Assembly (NCBI GenBank): GCA_026023565.1
Contig: JAPETS010000050.1
Location: forward strand, 124,001-174,843
DNA: 50,843 nt
Source: Cirrosporium novae-zelandiae
Taxonomy: Eukaryota
Reading direction: 5' to 3'
In this document: in pieces, positions 22,735-36,486 of the stretch
How the letters are laid out: each line of letters starts with the position of its first letter
Numbering within the stretch: the first letter of the stretch is position 1
The notes under the pieces: generated by a model
Told to the model about the DNA's origin: nothing
Seen by the model: only the letters and a program-made list of their open reading frames with translations
Database searches by the model: none
Position numbers and translations under genes: made by a program

Positions 22735-24533
22735 CAAGTAAGTTGATCTGTTCGGTGAAGTGATATCTCTAATAGGGTATATAGCTCCATGTCGACTGTG
22801 AGATCGATAGCTCATGGCATCGTTTCCAGGAATTCCTTTAGCTTATCATTAACCCCCAAATCCCAAACCCTTTCCCTTCATTCATTTCAAGTTCTTAACA
22901 GTTCTTTATACATAGCACCGGCCCAGTCCAGTCACTACCTCTTTTCAAATAGTTTGGGAGAAAAGGCGACAGACTAGCAGATTGCTATATATTTGTTACG
23001 GGAGGCAATACCGGAAGAAATTACCCGTCACGATATGCGCAAGGTAGTGAGCGTATCATAATAGCAGCCCTCGTAGTAGTTAGTATCAGACTCCGAGTTC
23101 TTTGAAAATAAGGACTCATATAAATTCGAAGGACGCGTCCCATCAAAGAACTGAAAAGAACAGAATCTGCCTTCAAGAATGTTGGCATGGCTGTCATTAG
23201 GTACATGTACAGTACAGTAGTCTGGGGAAGTCAGTTTGAACCACCACCGCCTATTTTTATACAGATCCTTTTTGAAATATCAATATGAGTGACTTGGTTG
23301 GCTGTACTCACTTGAGAAACAAAGCATTTTCTAATGCAGAGTGAGTAAGTGGGTGCTTTTGATGTTTGTGCAAGTCGATATCATCACCCCTAGTGTTATC
23401 GACATGAGATTAATAATCCTTTTTCTAAAAAGCCCATTTCTCCATAACATCAAAACCCAACCAAGGCAAAGAACAACAACTTCAATTCTTTAAAGATATC
23501 TTCACGTGACGTGCCTAGAGTAAGATCCCTAGATAATAACGCCTAGACTATCTCCTTCCAACTAACCCCCCCCAAAAAAACTCAACAACCAGCGCAACCA
23601 CCTCAGAAAAAACTCCCATGACAAAAAACAAAGCTAGGCCGCATATAAACAACAATAACGTTTCTTTCATCATCATTCCTGCTAATTATCGAAAAAAAAC
23701 AACAGCAACCTTTGAAAGTTGCTCTCTGTAGGGCTGATGTAATGACCTCACACATACACAAGACTTGAAAAAAAAAGGATCCAATGAACCTACAACGGTG
23801 TATGAAACAAACGAATAGTCCGTCCGTCCTCGGCAATTGGCATAAAAAGGAATTTGAATTTTTTTTTTCTTGAATCGAAACTTGGTTATGTACTTTGTAT
23901 CCCCCCTCCCCCTCACGTGCCTCCCTCATATAAATTCAAAATTCAAAAAAAAATCACCCGATCAAAAAAAAGAAACTTAACCTGACTACTCCGACCTACC
24001 AAGTAGACTAGACAAAAAATAAATAAATACCTAATCAGGCTATAGTCTACACGGCGAAATCAAGGATAAAAAAAGGTTCATGAATATACACTTTTTGGTG
24101 TTTTGAAGTCGTTTCACGAAAAGGATTCCGGGGTGATCATAATCAGATAGGGGATAAGCTAGTTTGCAGGGCTGGATCGTGGTTGAAGTGGACGCTATTC
24201 AGGTGGCGCCCACGTGGGGGTTCTTGGGGTCAAGAAAAAAGGCACTTTTGGAGAGGTAGCTGTACTTTTACGGGGAGGTAGATACGGTTAGGATGATGAT
24301 TGGGTCGTTGGAGGAGACATGTAGGTGTTGGTGTTGGTGTCGTACAGAAGAGGCACATGGGTTAGGTGAATTGATATTTCAAGATAGCTACTTGTACAGT
24401 ACGTTAGGTTAGATATTGATTTACTTTAGGACGGGATAATTGGGTTGATATCAATTGTATAGATTTGACTTGCTATGGCGTGTATGTTTATAAAGTGCTA
24501 CTATCTGGATGTTTTACATGCAATGTAAGCATA

Positions 24534-25709
24534 TTACTGACTCCCCTGTTCTTCCCCATCCGTATCAACCTCGTCCTCTACTTGAACCCTCTTTCCACTC
24601 ACACCTTTCTCAACCTCAGAGACCAAGCTTTCCATAAATTCCTTGTCGGTTCCCACAAGCGTCACAGTATTTCTACTCTTCCCCCATCGGGGATAGCTAC
24701 CCACCTTGACACCCCTGGGCTCCGCTTTGTGCGACAATTCTGTTAGGAATGCGGCAATTGCGCTTTCGGCTTTTGGTGTGGATATGAGAATACGATAGAT
24801 CCCTGCACCAGTGGGATCGGCAAGACGGGGTGTTATGTTGGGTTTTAGACCATCAAGAAGTTGCCGAAACAGAGAGGGAACGCCGGGTAAAATATGTACA
24901 TTTCCATTGACTACACTGACTGGAACCCACATATTGTCATCGACGAAAGTAACTTGAGAGTCCCAGGACCGGGACTTGTCATAAGGAAGATAAACCATAC
25001 GGAGCTTTGCATCGAGGTCAGGTGAAGGCTTATCCCAAGAAAAATTTGGTTGAGAGCGATGAGGACGAGACAAGCGCTTCATGCGTTCAAACGAGGGCTC
25101 ATGGAGCTCAAGTTTGAGGTTAAAGGCCTTGGATATTGATTGATAGGTTATGTCATCGTGCCTATTAACATACGTTAGCCGGCTTCTACTCTGCTATGAA
25201 TGTTACTTTGATAAGGACAACGGCAATCTGGAGACATACGTAGGGCCAATGCCCCCACTAGTAACCACAAAGTCGTAGTTCTTACTCATACGTCTCGTGG
25301 TCTCGGCAATTTCTTCTTCATCGTCGGCAATCACTTCAATTCTTTTGAGATTTATTCCGAGAGCGAAACAGAATTTTGCAAAATAAGACGAGTTGGTGTC
25401 TACTGTCTTGTGTCGAGGCGCACAGCTTGGTTAGCTTTATATTCTTCTAGCTATTATTTGCAATAGTGAAAATTTGATCTAGATGCTTACCTTCCCTCCT
25501 AGAACTTCATCCCCAATAATAATACATCCAGCGGTCTGTATCAACTTCTTATTCCTCTCGTTCGGCGTAGTGGCCGTTGCAGCGATAGATGATGTCATGA
25601 TATTATTTGAGAGAACGGGTGGCTTCCCTACAGCAGCGGCGGAAGTGTGAGAGTAGTTGGGGAGTGGACGAGATAAATGTCGGACTAATTGATTCAATCG
25701 AGAAAACAT
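24534..25709 (-). CDS. Molybdopterin-binding (MoCF_biosynth/CinA-like) domain protein, FAD-hydrolase-like; 3 exons (25709-25491, 25406-25240, 25161-24534)
   Basis: Motifs [45 protein letters not shown] and VKVGSYPRW. The N-terminus resembles a mitochondrial presequence. Confidence 0.9.
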
Positions 25710-25985
25710 GAAGATTCTAGTTCCAAGAAGATGTTTTTAAAAAGTGTTTGCTGGAAATGACTGAATATAACGAGCAACTGATCTTCGCTGGCGGCTGCGG
25801 TTAGCCCCGCCACTTTCACAGATTGGGTTAGCGAGGGGCATAACGGGAAAGGCTGCAAGGCAGAAACAACCCCACTAGAGCAGGCGACGGTGAGGTTGCT
25901 GCGTTAACACATTTCCAAATAAGTCTCAATATTCTCCAACAAACAAATAAACCCTTTTGCGTCTTTAAAGCTTTTAGGTTTCACA

Positions 25986-26666
25986 ATGGTTGTCTCACCC
26001 AAGGTTCTGTATCTTGAAATCCCAAGCTAACTTCCCTTTAGTCCTCCGAATCACGACTCTATACCTTTTCACCGGAAACAAAAGACAAGCTTCGGAAATT
26101 TCGTCTGGGGACTTCGCGGGCCAAAACTCCCCAGGCTATGATATGTATGATTTGGTGTCATTTTTTGTCTCTGTCGTGCAGTGCTTCTATCCTCCATAGT
26201 CAAATGCAAATCATATGACCACCCAGGCAGAATCGCAAACGAATAACAAATGCTAAGGGGTAGCGATGAATGTCTAGATCAGATCGAAAAACACACACTT
26301 GAAATCCATCAAGCCGGTGATGAAGTCTATTCCTCAATGGCCGAGCTCGCCGATGAGTTGCCGGATCATTCTCCTCGATACATCTTGCTAAGCTATCCTC
26401 TCACTCTTGTATATTCCCTTCCACACCTGTTCACCAAGTAACCAAACTCTAATGGAAAACTAATGCATCCCAAGCCATCTGGCCGTCTTTCTGTTCCCTA
26501 CGTCCTCATTTATTATCTCCCCGTAACATGCAACAATGAGCTACGTATGCTGTATGCAGGTGCAAAGGAACTGATGCGGAATACCGCCGAGACTGGAAGA
26601 GTGATTGAAATAGATACAGCCGAGGACTTGGAGGAGATTGAAGCAAAATTGGGAGGCGAGTCGTGA
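25986..26666 (+). CDS. Glia maturation factor (ADF/cofilin-fold, Aim7-like); 4 exons (25986-25988, 26042-26144, 26278-26408, 26475-26666)
   Basis: Spliced product is M|SSESRLYTFSPETKDKLRKFRLGTSRAK..ELADELPDHSPRYILLSYPLTL|PSGRLSVPYVLIYYLP..RMLYAGAKELMRNTAE. Confidence 0.9.
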
Positions 26667-29600
26667 GGAATCTCCAATGAGATGGAAAGGTACATAGTTT
26701 GGAAGTACAAATAAAGATACCTCAAACTATAATGTGTTATCTAGTTATGAATGGACACAATAGGCTACCTTGTGAACCGTGGGTTAGTGATGCTGCAAAA
26801 CCATAAAGCTTTAAGAAGTTTGTTGAAACACTAGCACAACCCTTACGTCATTTATATGAAGATTGCAAATAGCTAGGTTATATCCCAGTCTTAGTCAGGC
26901 ATCTTTCAGTCACGGGTTGTTAACATGCGGGAGGAACTCTTGAAGGTTTGCAAGGTCTCGAATACAAGAACTTCCTTGGTAAAAGCTTGCACTTGCTTTT
27001 ATTGTCGGATTTGTAGATTGGTGCTCTACATTGGTTTCAAAAGTTCGTCCAATAGGTCCCAACAAAAGTCTCCAGCGAAAGTCCAGGTGAAAGTCCGCAG
27101 CAAAGGTGGTTGTCTTGGGTAACACTTGGTAATTTCCTTTAATTGGGCGTCGTAATGATAAACAACATGACAACTCTAGTAATCATATCGAGTAGCTGGT
27201 GCGATTGTAGGGAATAGATTCAAGCTCACACAGTTTCTGTTATCCTGTAATGTGGCTAGTTACCTAGGCAGTCAATCGGATGGAAGAACCGAGGAGAAAG
27301 ACTGTCAAACATGAAATTCATAGGTTAAGGGAGTTTAGAGAAATCATGGATTTATATAAGAGTTCAACTTTATACTGGCCATCTTGGGAATCCCGCTAAA
27401 TTTATATCATGGTTAGTTTGCTCTATTAAGAATGTACGAATAGGAGTTCAAGGTTCCAACCCGCGTCTCTTTATCAATGGGTATTATAAAGTTTGATAGG
27501 CCTTCTATGGAAAATCCAAGAGGGATCAGCCCGATGTATTCCATTTGTTGAACCGACACCCGAAGTGGTTTGGGGGAACTTCTCTCTACTAGCGATAAAA
27601 GAATAGTCCAAGTATAGGCTTCCTATAAACAGGTATGGAGGAAGTAGATTCTTTGATGGGCATACCTCTCTTCATTGCCAAGCCAGTCCGTGGGTGAAGA
27701 TATATGTAATTCATATGGTTTACTCTTCTCCCTGTAGTATAAGCAAGTACTCTTTGATTTGATATTCCCTTCAACAAGCTTCTCTCTATTTTGATATATA
27801 CAATACCCATGAGCGATCAAGACTCGGTCCAGTCTTTATAGATGAGTTGTGATGGCTCGTAACATTCGGGTGCAAGGCGAGGAATGGTCTAAAGCTGATC
27901 TTGTCTCGAACCTCAAATCGCAACCAGAGCAAACATTACTAGAGTTGGCACATCATCTTCGTGTAGGATTGTAAACAGGGTCTTCTCATGTTATCGATTG
28001 TGCTTCTCGAAAACGGTCATAGACTATGCCATTGGTAGTACGGTATCGAAACGGACAAGTTCGAGCATAACTTCTATGATATTGTTAGCATTCAATTGCA
28101 TTCAGGTTGTCTTCAAAAAAGAATTGAGTTCAGATGGCTGACAAAAGTTATGTATGTAAACAGAGACAGGTAGGGGTTAGTGAACAGTGACGACGGTTCA
28201 TGTTTCTCCGATGGTCAATATGGTGGCAATCATCTTTAGTTTAATTCAAAAGGTTCATCATATGAATCGTTTCGCGTCCCAGCTACCCTAGTCAAGTATC
28301 TATGTAACTAATTAAGAAAGAAAAAGAAAAAGAAAAAGGCTGGGCGAAAAAGTAACTAGGTGATGGAGTAATAATGGAAGGTTGGGGTCGAAGCTCACCA
28401 GAAGGATCTTCTTCAACCTCCTTTCTGTTGATTAGCGTCATTTGTTTTGACTAGCGACCATGTTGACCTTCCAGAAGGCCACCATTCGATACCAACTCAA
28501 ACTAATCAAAGACTAAGACCTGGCTGCCAGTCGCTGGGCTTCCAAGCTTTCTATCCGCTGATATCGCCTAAGAGAAAATCCCTGAAAAATCCAAACTTTT
28601 GGCTGGGAAGGGTCAGGAGAGACAATATTGCCAAGAGAGGGGAATCGAATATGATAAAGGGATGGAATGAAGATACATTAAAACCAATAAATTTTGATGA
28701 ATTAAAAACTTGCAAAAAGGCTGGTTAATTTAATCATAGGCATTATTATTATTCAGTATTGGGCATTCAGTCTCCACTACAATATATACTATGGAGAGAT
28801 TTAGATCACTTGATGGATATTGATTAATCATCCTCATACTTATCATGTAGGGTATAATGGTTTGTGCGCCCGCCTGAAAGGAGAGGGAAGGGGGAAGCGG
28901 GAGGCTTTGATGGTTTTTTGATAGAAGGGTAAAGCAGAACAAGAGGCTGGAAAGATGGAAAGGCTGGAAAGAAAGTTCTTTGTTTTTTGTTTCTAAGATA
29001 GGGAGGTCGCTAGAGAGAGAGAGATAGTCAGATAGATACCTAAATAGGTCGATCGATAGGTCGATCGATATCATTACTTGTTACTATGTAAATGTTTCTT
29101 TGTTTGTCACATCTTGTTTTGTTGTTGATGAGTGAAAAGGGAAGAGGAGAAAGTAATTACATGTCACGATACATGGGTTAGCGCTGTCTTCACCGACGGA
29201 TCCAAGGTATCACAGTGAAATAATATCAATAAATGAAATCGTTGATGGGTATTGGATAAGATACATGTCTTTCTCCGACAGGTTCAGTGTCAGTGCCCAT
29301 TTAGGCCATGGTTCCGCGGTAAAATGGTTCCCTAAATTCCCTAAGTGCATCAGTAGTCCAGTGGTAGCCCAGTGGTAGCCCAGTGGTAGCCCCGAAATCC
29401 ATGGAAATGAGCTTCTTGTAACTTTTAGTTCTTTGTATCGTGTACCTGAGGTACCTACAGCAACTTTTAGCTGCATCGTTCTGCAATCGTCAAGAAATCC
29501 TTGTGCCAATTCTGCCAATTCTGCCCAAATTCTGCTCATCGCTTGCATGGTCAGAGAAGTCGGTCGGTCTGTCATTCATTTTGTAACCCATCAATCATCA

Positions 29601-30355
29601 ATCCATCAATCCATCAATCCATCAACACCCATCAACCCATCAAATCGCCATTCTGCCCTGTCAATCCTTCCCTCTTTTACTATTCTCCTCCCATCCAGAA
29701 AATAAAATAAAAACAAAGCAAAAAAAACATATACTGGTAGTCACGAAAAGTAAGAATAATAGGTATACCTAGGTAAGTTTCAAACTCTTTGAGGTTTCTT
29801 TCTTTTCTGGTTATTCATTCCTCTCCACTTTCTCTGTGTCTCCAACTTCCTTTTTCTTCCCCCTCAAGGCAATCCCTGTCTCATATTTACACCACACCCT
29901 TACAGGCTTAAAAACCACCCTTGACAGGCCTTGACCAAGCCTTGAAAAAAGCTGCCCCGTGCACGCATTTGTGCATTTCTGCATTTGTGCATAACCGGCA
30001 CCTTACTGCAACCTCTTACACCCTTGCCAAACCAGCTACCGAACCCAACTTCTCCTTCACCTCACAAACACCTGCACCCATCATCCACGATTCCCAGGAA
30101 TGTCAACCTTCATCCTCTAAACGTTGTCGCAGATACGAGATCAAAGAATAGATCAATTGTTTCTACAGTTGACCTCGACTTGCCACCCATAACTCTCACC
30201 GACCATCCACTGACACGTCTACCACGTTTCCCGCGTGTTCTTTGGACGACATCCCTCAACCTGCGCCCTCGGAAGCGCTTGTCGCTAAATTCACCGATAG
30301 CTTGGGTCCGACTGGTGGCATTCTGATCGGACATCCCTTCATCTAATTGTTTGTC

Positions 30356-31152
30356 ATGGCTTCCAAGGTAATTTTTCGTTCCTGTCCATTTGACTTTTTG
30401 CTGATATCATTGCCATGCAGTTTCTTAGAGAATATAAGCTCGTGGTTGTTGGAGGAGGAGGTGTGGGTAAATCGTGTTTGACAATCCAGTTGATTCAGAG
30501 TCACTTTGTGGATGAATATGATCCGACAATTGAAGGTTTGTTCTGACCCAATTCAACCTCAAAAGGGGTGATTGACCCTTTTTAGACTCATACCGCAAGC
30601 AATGTGTCATTGATGATGAGGTTGCTCTTCTCGACGTGTTGGATACGGCTGGTCAAGAAGAATACTCTGCCATGAGAGAACAATATATGAGAACAGGCGA
30701 AGGATTTCTATTAGTCTACTCCATCACATCACGGCAGTCATTCGAAGAAATCTTGACCTTTCAACAACAAATACTGAGGGTCAAAGATAAGGACTATTTC
30801 CCTATCATTGTGGTTGGCAACAAATGTGATTTGGAAAGTGAACGAGAAGTTTCCAAGCAAGGTAAGGACTCAATGGCGAGGTTTTGTCGAGCTCTACTGA
30901 TTTATTTCTACAGAGGGAGAAGCTCTAGCACGACAATTCGGTTGCAAGTTCATTGAAACATCTGCCAAAGAGAGAAAGAATGTCGAAAATGCCTTCTACG
31001 AGATTGTACGTGAAATTCGACGATACAACAGAGAAATGTCTTCATATCCTTCCGGCGCTCCCGCGACTTCTGGTAATGGTCCAAAGAATCCTATTGGTAT
31101 GGATGATCCAGATAAGAACAGAGGATGCTGTGGTGGATGCGTTGTCATGTGA
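30356..31152 (+). CDS. ras1: Ras small GTPase (Ras1/RasA); 4 exons (30356-30367, 30421-30535, 30586-30861, 30914-31152)
   Basis: [22 protein letters not shown], effector loop [26 protein letters not shown], and C-terminal CC plus CAAX box CVVM. Confidence 0.97.
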
Positions 31153-32959
31153 GAGGTTGATATGGGGACGGAATCGAGACTCGAAGCAAGATACTGATAC
31201 CCATTTGCGGAGCTACGAAATCGATATACATCACACAACGACACATCGTACGAAGTTGAGGACCGCAAGCTTAGCTTTTTTTAGACATGGCTTATTGATG
31301 GAAACCCCGTCAGCATTTTGGTTGGATGGAGTTTTGTTCAAGATTTCTTATGGCTTGCGCCTTTGCCATCGCCGGATACATGGCATCATTTGTCAAGTTA
31401 TGGGGAACCAGAAGCATCTTGGTGGAGATTCAAATCATCCGCTTTCATGTTTTGTCGTGCATCTAAATTATATTAATTCCCTCCCCTTTCGGTGTCTATT
31501 TTGTGTGCGAGTGAGCTTAGCGGGGAAACAGAGGCAGGCGATTCAAAAACATTCAGAAATTATTTCCTATAAATGCCTGAATGCTTACCATCCTTTCACC
31601 AGCTGATGTCTATTCACATCCTCCTATTCAACTTGCCACAGCTGAAGGGCCTTGCCATTCATGTCCATTATTCATTTTATTTATTTTCATCATGTCCTCT
31701 ATTTCTTTTTTTACTACTATATCACCAATATCCCAGCTAGCTGGGCTCGGATACGAAAGACATCAAGGGATGGAAAGGGTTTAAACGGCCAAGGTTAGGG
31801 ATAAAGGGGGCGGAGGGGATGAGACGAGGGAGGGTTCCTAATTAAGAGCGAGCTCTCAAGCGGGCAAAGCCTCTTTATCTTCTTAATATGAAATGTGTGT
31901 CCATTATCAAGAAAAAAGGAGTTAACTTCTCTACTACTATCTATTCCATTGAAATACTCAAGGTCGCAATTGTTTTTTGTTTTTGTTTTTTTATTTGGTA
32001 TGCCTAGTCTCTTTTTATATAAATCTCCACAGGTCTAGGATCGTGGTCTTTTCTTTTTCGTTTACAGCTTTGGCATACCTATCTTATCCTACTTTACCTT
32101 ACCTACCCATCTACAATACCTTATTTTTTCCTTTTTTTTCCCTTTTCATCCATCTCCATATTCCATCGTACAAGACTAGCGCTGTGTGATTAGTGTCAAC
32201 TTTTTCTTTACATTTAACTGTTTATTTATTTAACTTATAAAAATATGGATGGCTGATAATATGATTTAAGTATATGTAATTTGGAATGAATATCTAAAAA
32301 AATAATTTGTTTTGACGTTTGGGATCGTCCAAGGGGGAGGGGGGGGAATACGTGTCGTATGGTTATTTCCTCGGTGGATGTGTGACTCAGTGGGTCAATG
32401 GTTCTTTTCTATAATGTAAAATTTACAAAGTCATAATCAAATCAGATCAAATCAATCAAGATTTAATGGTAGGTGCTTTTTATAATTTCCTTTTGTGGAT
32501 GTGATGGGTGAAGGGGGGTTTTAAAGGATTGAGAGACTAGGGATGGATTGGTGATAGTGGATGATATACAACATGGTTGGCTCGAATGATGGTGTAGTGA
32601 GTGTAGTGAGTGTAGTCAGTGTGGTCAGTAGCTTAAAACATACTTTACCTCGGTAATAAAACAAACACTACCCTAAGACAATTTCGTAAATACCAGGTTT
32701 ATAGTAGCTTACAAGCTTTCTATTTTCTTGATTCAACTTAATTCATTCACTACTCAGTTACCTTGATTTGATATACTTTATGCCATCAGTCTGAACTTAT
32801 GTTAACGCCTAAAGACTAATATTCAGCTTACTAAGCCCTCTGCCGATGTCGTCTCCGCTGGGCGCCCTTTCGCATCCACCATGAACCTATCAAATGCACT
32901 GTCCAAGTAAAATACATATTACCAAGTACCAAGGCACTCTCTTCGAAATTTCCAATGAT

Positions 32960-33803
32960 CTTCAAGAATAAGGGGTAAACCTTCCAGCTGAAGCAACACC
33001 AGAGTTGAAACCCATCAATAACGCCCGTGTGAGTTGGTTCCTCGTCCGAGAGTGACTATTAAGCTCCTCGAATGTATTTCCATACCATGGTACCGTTTTT
33101 TTTATCTGGGACAATCTCTACCTCAAATTCGGTCTTATCAAGCACCTACTAGAAGCGTCAACCATGCAATCCATAACCCAATATATCTCAATCCCAGTGC
33201 CAAGGGTATATTGCTTCTTCATACGCAGAGGATAGACATAAACTGTGACAGAAATAAATGGCGAAGGGTAAGGGATAGATGGGAAGCACGGAGCGCTGAG
33301 TCTAAAACAAAAATACCCTGACAACTCGGGACAATGGTGGATGAGATGCGAAGCAGGCGTCAAGGACAAGGCATATCCAATATCAATGGTGAACCCCTAT
33401 GGGACTGTCGGCTCCCGGGAACGTCGTTATACCATGGACCCATCAAGTGTGTACACGACTTCATCAACACCTCTGAGAAGGACTCGATGCCCATTCGGAT
33501 CATTTCCCTGAAATCAAGAGGCTTATAGCACCACCAGACAGACATTGACCACCCCCTATGTCCACGCATGGCGATATGGCGAGTTGGGTAGCTTAAATAT
33601 TCTTACCCACGGGAATGAGATTATAAAATTCTCAATTAAGAGAGTGCTGACCAGTATCCGACATATTAGGAGTACACTACCACAGGCCAGGTCAATCCAA
33701 GGAATTATTTCTTTAACGAGACTCAATCGATAAATTCCTAGACCCAACATCCAAGGAACAAGAAATGGAGATGATGCGTCAAGAATATTTCAGGGATGTT
33801 TGA
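32960..33803 (+). pseudogene. Aminoglycoside-phosphotransferase (APH/kinase-like) pseudogene
   Basis: Pieces spread over three frames: LKPINN..TIKLL; EASTMQSITQYISIPVPRVYC; RSAESKTKI; MVDEMRS..ISNINGEPLWDCRLPG..HGP; PPPMSTHGD..SLNIL; EYTT..QVNP; IDKFLDP..MRQEYFRDV*. The order matches fungal APH proteins. Many stops and frameshifts. Confidence 0.8.
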
Positions 33804-34785
33804 TTGTTGTATTTTGTGTTTGGTACTTGTACTTGTACCTGACTCTTCGAGTCGATCTAGCAGTCCCATACTAACCATAGGTGAGTAGCAGAGCCAGAGG
33901 CCGAAGTCCTCAGGATATCGTCCCTTTACCTTCCACCCAGCAAGTCCTATATCACCGCTTTCTTTGTACTATACGGTACCAAAGTTCCCTAACTTATTAA
34001 AATAATCCTCATACTTTTTTCCTTAGGCATACACCACCATCCATTACCACGCCTCGCACCTTATACCACTCAGTCCAGTCACACCAATACCAATAACCTT
34101 TCTATCTACCTCCAATACCTCCAATACCTCCAATACCTCCTCATTCACTATTTTACATGATATTCGCATACCTCAGCCGTACTCAATCAAAATTTCAATC
34201 GTAAAATCCAGCTATCAGCTTGGGGTCCGGTCCAGTAATATCTATATACCTACCTAATCGGTAATAATAATAAAGGTTCAGTCCCCATACAAAACTAATC
34301 TTAACTCCAAGCATCGAACAAGAACCAGAGTTATAGAAACGTTCTATTTCATCTTCCCTCCCTTTAACTTCCAACCCCCAACACCCGCCTCCTTCTCCTA
34401 CTGCTGCTACTGCTGCAGCTGCAGTGATAAAACAAACAAGCCATTAAACTAAGAAGCCAGAACTAGAATGGGTTTATTCTTTTCTTTGTAGCCTGCAGTT
34501 TTTTTTTTTCGTTGAGCATTGGCAAGTTAGTTATACCAACTTATCACACATCGGCACTTGGGTATACTTGTAAGCGAAAGTGAAAGTGAAGTTGAAATGA
34601 AAGTTCTTGCAAATATCGTTAAAAGGCAAAGCCCAACAACTTCTTATTTCTTACCTAACTACTAACTACGCCAAAAGAGAGCACGTGAGGATATCTAGAT
34701 ATCCGCTAATTACTTAAGGGAATACCCCCTCAATGTCAGGATATAGGATATATACATAACCCAACCCCCACCATACCCAACCTCC

Positions 34786-36486
34786 CTACATCCTAACCAA
34801 CAAAACCCCCTCCGCCACTCTCAACAAAACCCCAACCCTCCCCCCCTCCCCCACAACCACCCTCTCCATCCTCTCCACCCCAACCCTCTCCCCACTTTCC
34901 ATATCAAACCCAACCCCCGAAACACTAACTCCACTCTTCGCATTCGTTCCCGGCCCCTCCAACCTCACAACCCGAAGTTCCGTCCCGGGTGCCCAACCCG
35001 TGGATTGGATTTCTATGGTTTGGTTGGGACGGACGCCGGGCATTGAGGATGTGGAGTCTGTGCTTGAGAGGGTGGAGGGGTTGTGGAGACCGTGGGTGCT
35101 GTTCCAGATGCCCATGTTTAGGAAGACTAGTTTTTGTAATGTGGGTTCTGAGGAGGAGGAGGTGGCTTGACCTTCGTCGTCATTGTCGTTGGAATAGATA
35201 GCATACCCACTAAAATCCGAAGCATTCGCTCCTGGGATGGCAGCCACGCTAAGATTCCTCGCCCCATCAAGCACATGCGCGAGGAAATAATGCGAATAAA
35301 AATTTGCACGGATTCCCCTCATCAGGTTCTCGCCCTCGTAAGTATACGGCAGCGGGGTAAAAGCCGAATACTGGCTCTGAGCGCCTAGATGGAAATATAC
35401 TTTTTCGATCCCCAACGATGCAGCCATGAGGACGTAGTCCGTGGACCAGAGCGCTGCGCCGAAGGTGTCGCTGATTCCGGAGCGTCCGCTGCAGGAGACG
35501 GAGTTTGTTTCGCCGAGGACCAGGGGGGCGCCGCCGGTGGTGGTGGCGGCGGTGGCTTGGGGGATGTATTGGGAGAGGTTGGTCCAGAGGACGGAGTGGT
35601 TGGAGAGGAGGTCGAGGGACATGCGGTACCAGCGTTCGGTGTCGCATGTTGATTGGGGGTACAGGTGCATGGAGTAGCCCTTGATTACGTCCGGATCGAC
35701 GAGCCCCGCCGCGGTGAGATTCACGATGTCGAAATCATCAATCTCGTCCTGCTGGTCGGGAACCCAGGGCGGATCTGCAAACACGCCCGCCTGGAACTTC
35801 GGTGGCGAGTCCAAGGCCCCGTACCAATCGGACGCGAGGATCCGATCTGAGATGTTTCGCCACTGGACGATATACTCCGCCACGTCCCACCCAGCAGCAC
35901 GGTAGTCCTCACTGATGTAGTGATCGATTTCATTTCCGATTTCCAACAGCGTCAGCTGATTCCCGAGAACCTTGGCTGCAACTTCTGCCTCCGCGATCGC
36001 ATTGGCCCATCCATCATCAACATCACCCCCGAAATTCAACGTATACAAAAGCTTTGTTCCCTCCGGAAAATAATCCCCCCACATCCCATACCACCTTGCA
36101 CTCACATTTAGGCTCGTTGCGCTCGACGCATTCGGATACGCCACATACGTGGCACCATTGCCATCATTCAGATCCGGTTTAAACCAGGTATAGTCAGCGG
36201 AATTGCCTCCTATGCGGATGGGAGGCGGGACGCCGCCAATGGTGTCGCTAATTATGGTCAGAAGGGTGGAGGTTAGGTTGCTAGAGCAGTAGGCGGCGGC
36301 CCAGGTGGGCTCGATGGAGTAGCCGTAGGCGTCTGGGAGGAGCTTTTGGGGCGAGAGAAGCGATGCCGAGGGGAGAGAGACGCGGGTCGTGTGGCGGGTT
36401 GTATTTGTGTTTGTGATTGTGGCTGCTGCTGCTGCTGTCGCCACTGCTACCGTTGCTAGGGTCAATAATAGGATATTAGGGAACAT
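34786..36486 (-). CDS. Secreted glycoside hydrolase family 79 (beta-glucuronidase-like)
   Basis: Signal peptide, then IRIGGNSAD, acid/base EIGNE, MHLYP, nucleophile LGETNS, SDTFGAALWSTDY and YFHLG. Intronless. Confidence 0.88.
   Translation of the reverse strand: MFPNILLLTLATVAVATAAAAATITNTNTTRHTTRVSLPSASLLSPQKLLPDAYGYSIEPTWAAAYCSSNLTSTLLTIISDTIGGVPPPIRIGGNSADYTWFKPDLNDGNGATYVAYPNASSATSLNVSARWYGMWGDYFPEGTKLLYTLNFGGDVDDGWANAIAEAEVAAKVLGNQLTLLEIGNEIDHYISEDYRAAGWDVAEYIVQWRNISDRILASDWYGALDSPPKFQAGVFADPPWVPDQQDEIDDFDIVNLTAAGLVDPDVIKGYSMHLYPQSTCDTERWYRMSLDLLSNHSVLWTNLSQYIPQATAATTTGGAPLVLGETNSVSCSGRSGISDTFGAALWSTDYVLMAASLGIEKVYFHLGAQSQYSAFTPLPYTYEGENLMRGIRANFYSHYFLAHVLDGARNLSVAAIPGANASDFSGYAIYSNDNDDEGQATSSSSEPTLQKLVFLNMGIWNSTHGLHNPSTLSSTDSTSSMPGVRPNQTIEIQSTGWAPGTELRVVRLEGPGTNAKSGVSVSGVGFDMESGERVGVERMERVVVGEGGRVGVLLRVAEGVLLVRM

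Noticed and set aside
27398..27465. tRNA-like words (TGGTTAG ... GGTTCCAACCC)
   Set aside because: No convincing acceptor or T stem could be paired. At most a degenerate relic; tRNAscan-SE would settle it.
26900..28200. Short ORFs in a coding-like stretch downstream of GMF
   Set aside because: No motif recognised in any frame; a product cannot be supported.
30953..31606. 217-aa ORF overlapping the Ras 3' end
   Set aside because: Alternative frame of Ras exon 4 plus 3'UTR, with a TTG start and no recognisable domain.
34172..34183. CTCAGCCGTACT resembling part of fungal 5S rRNA
   Set aside because: Only ~12 nt match and the flanks do not continue the 5S sequence.
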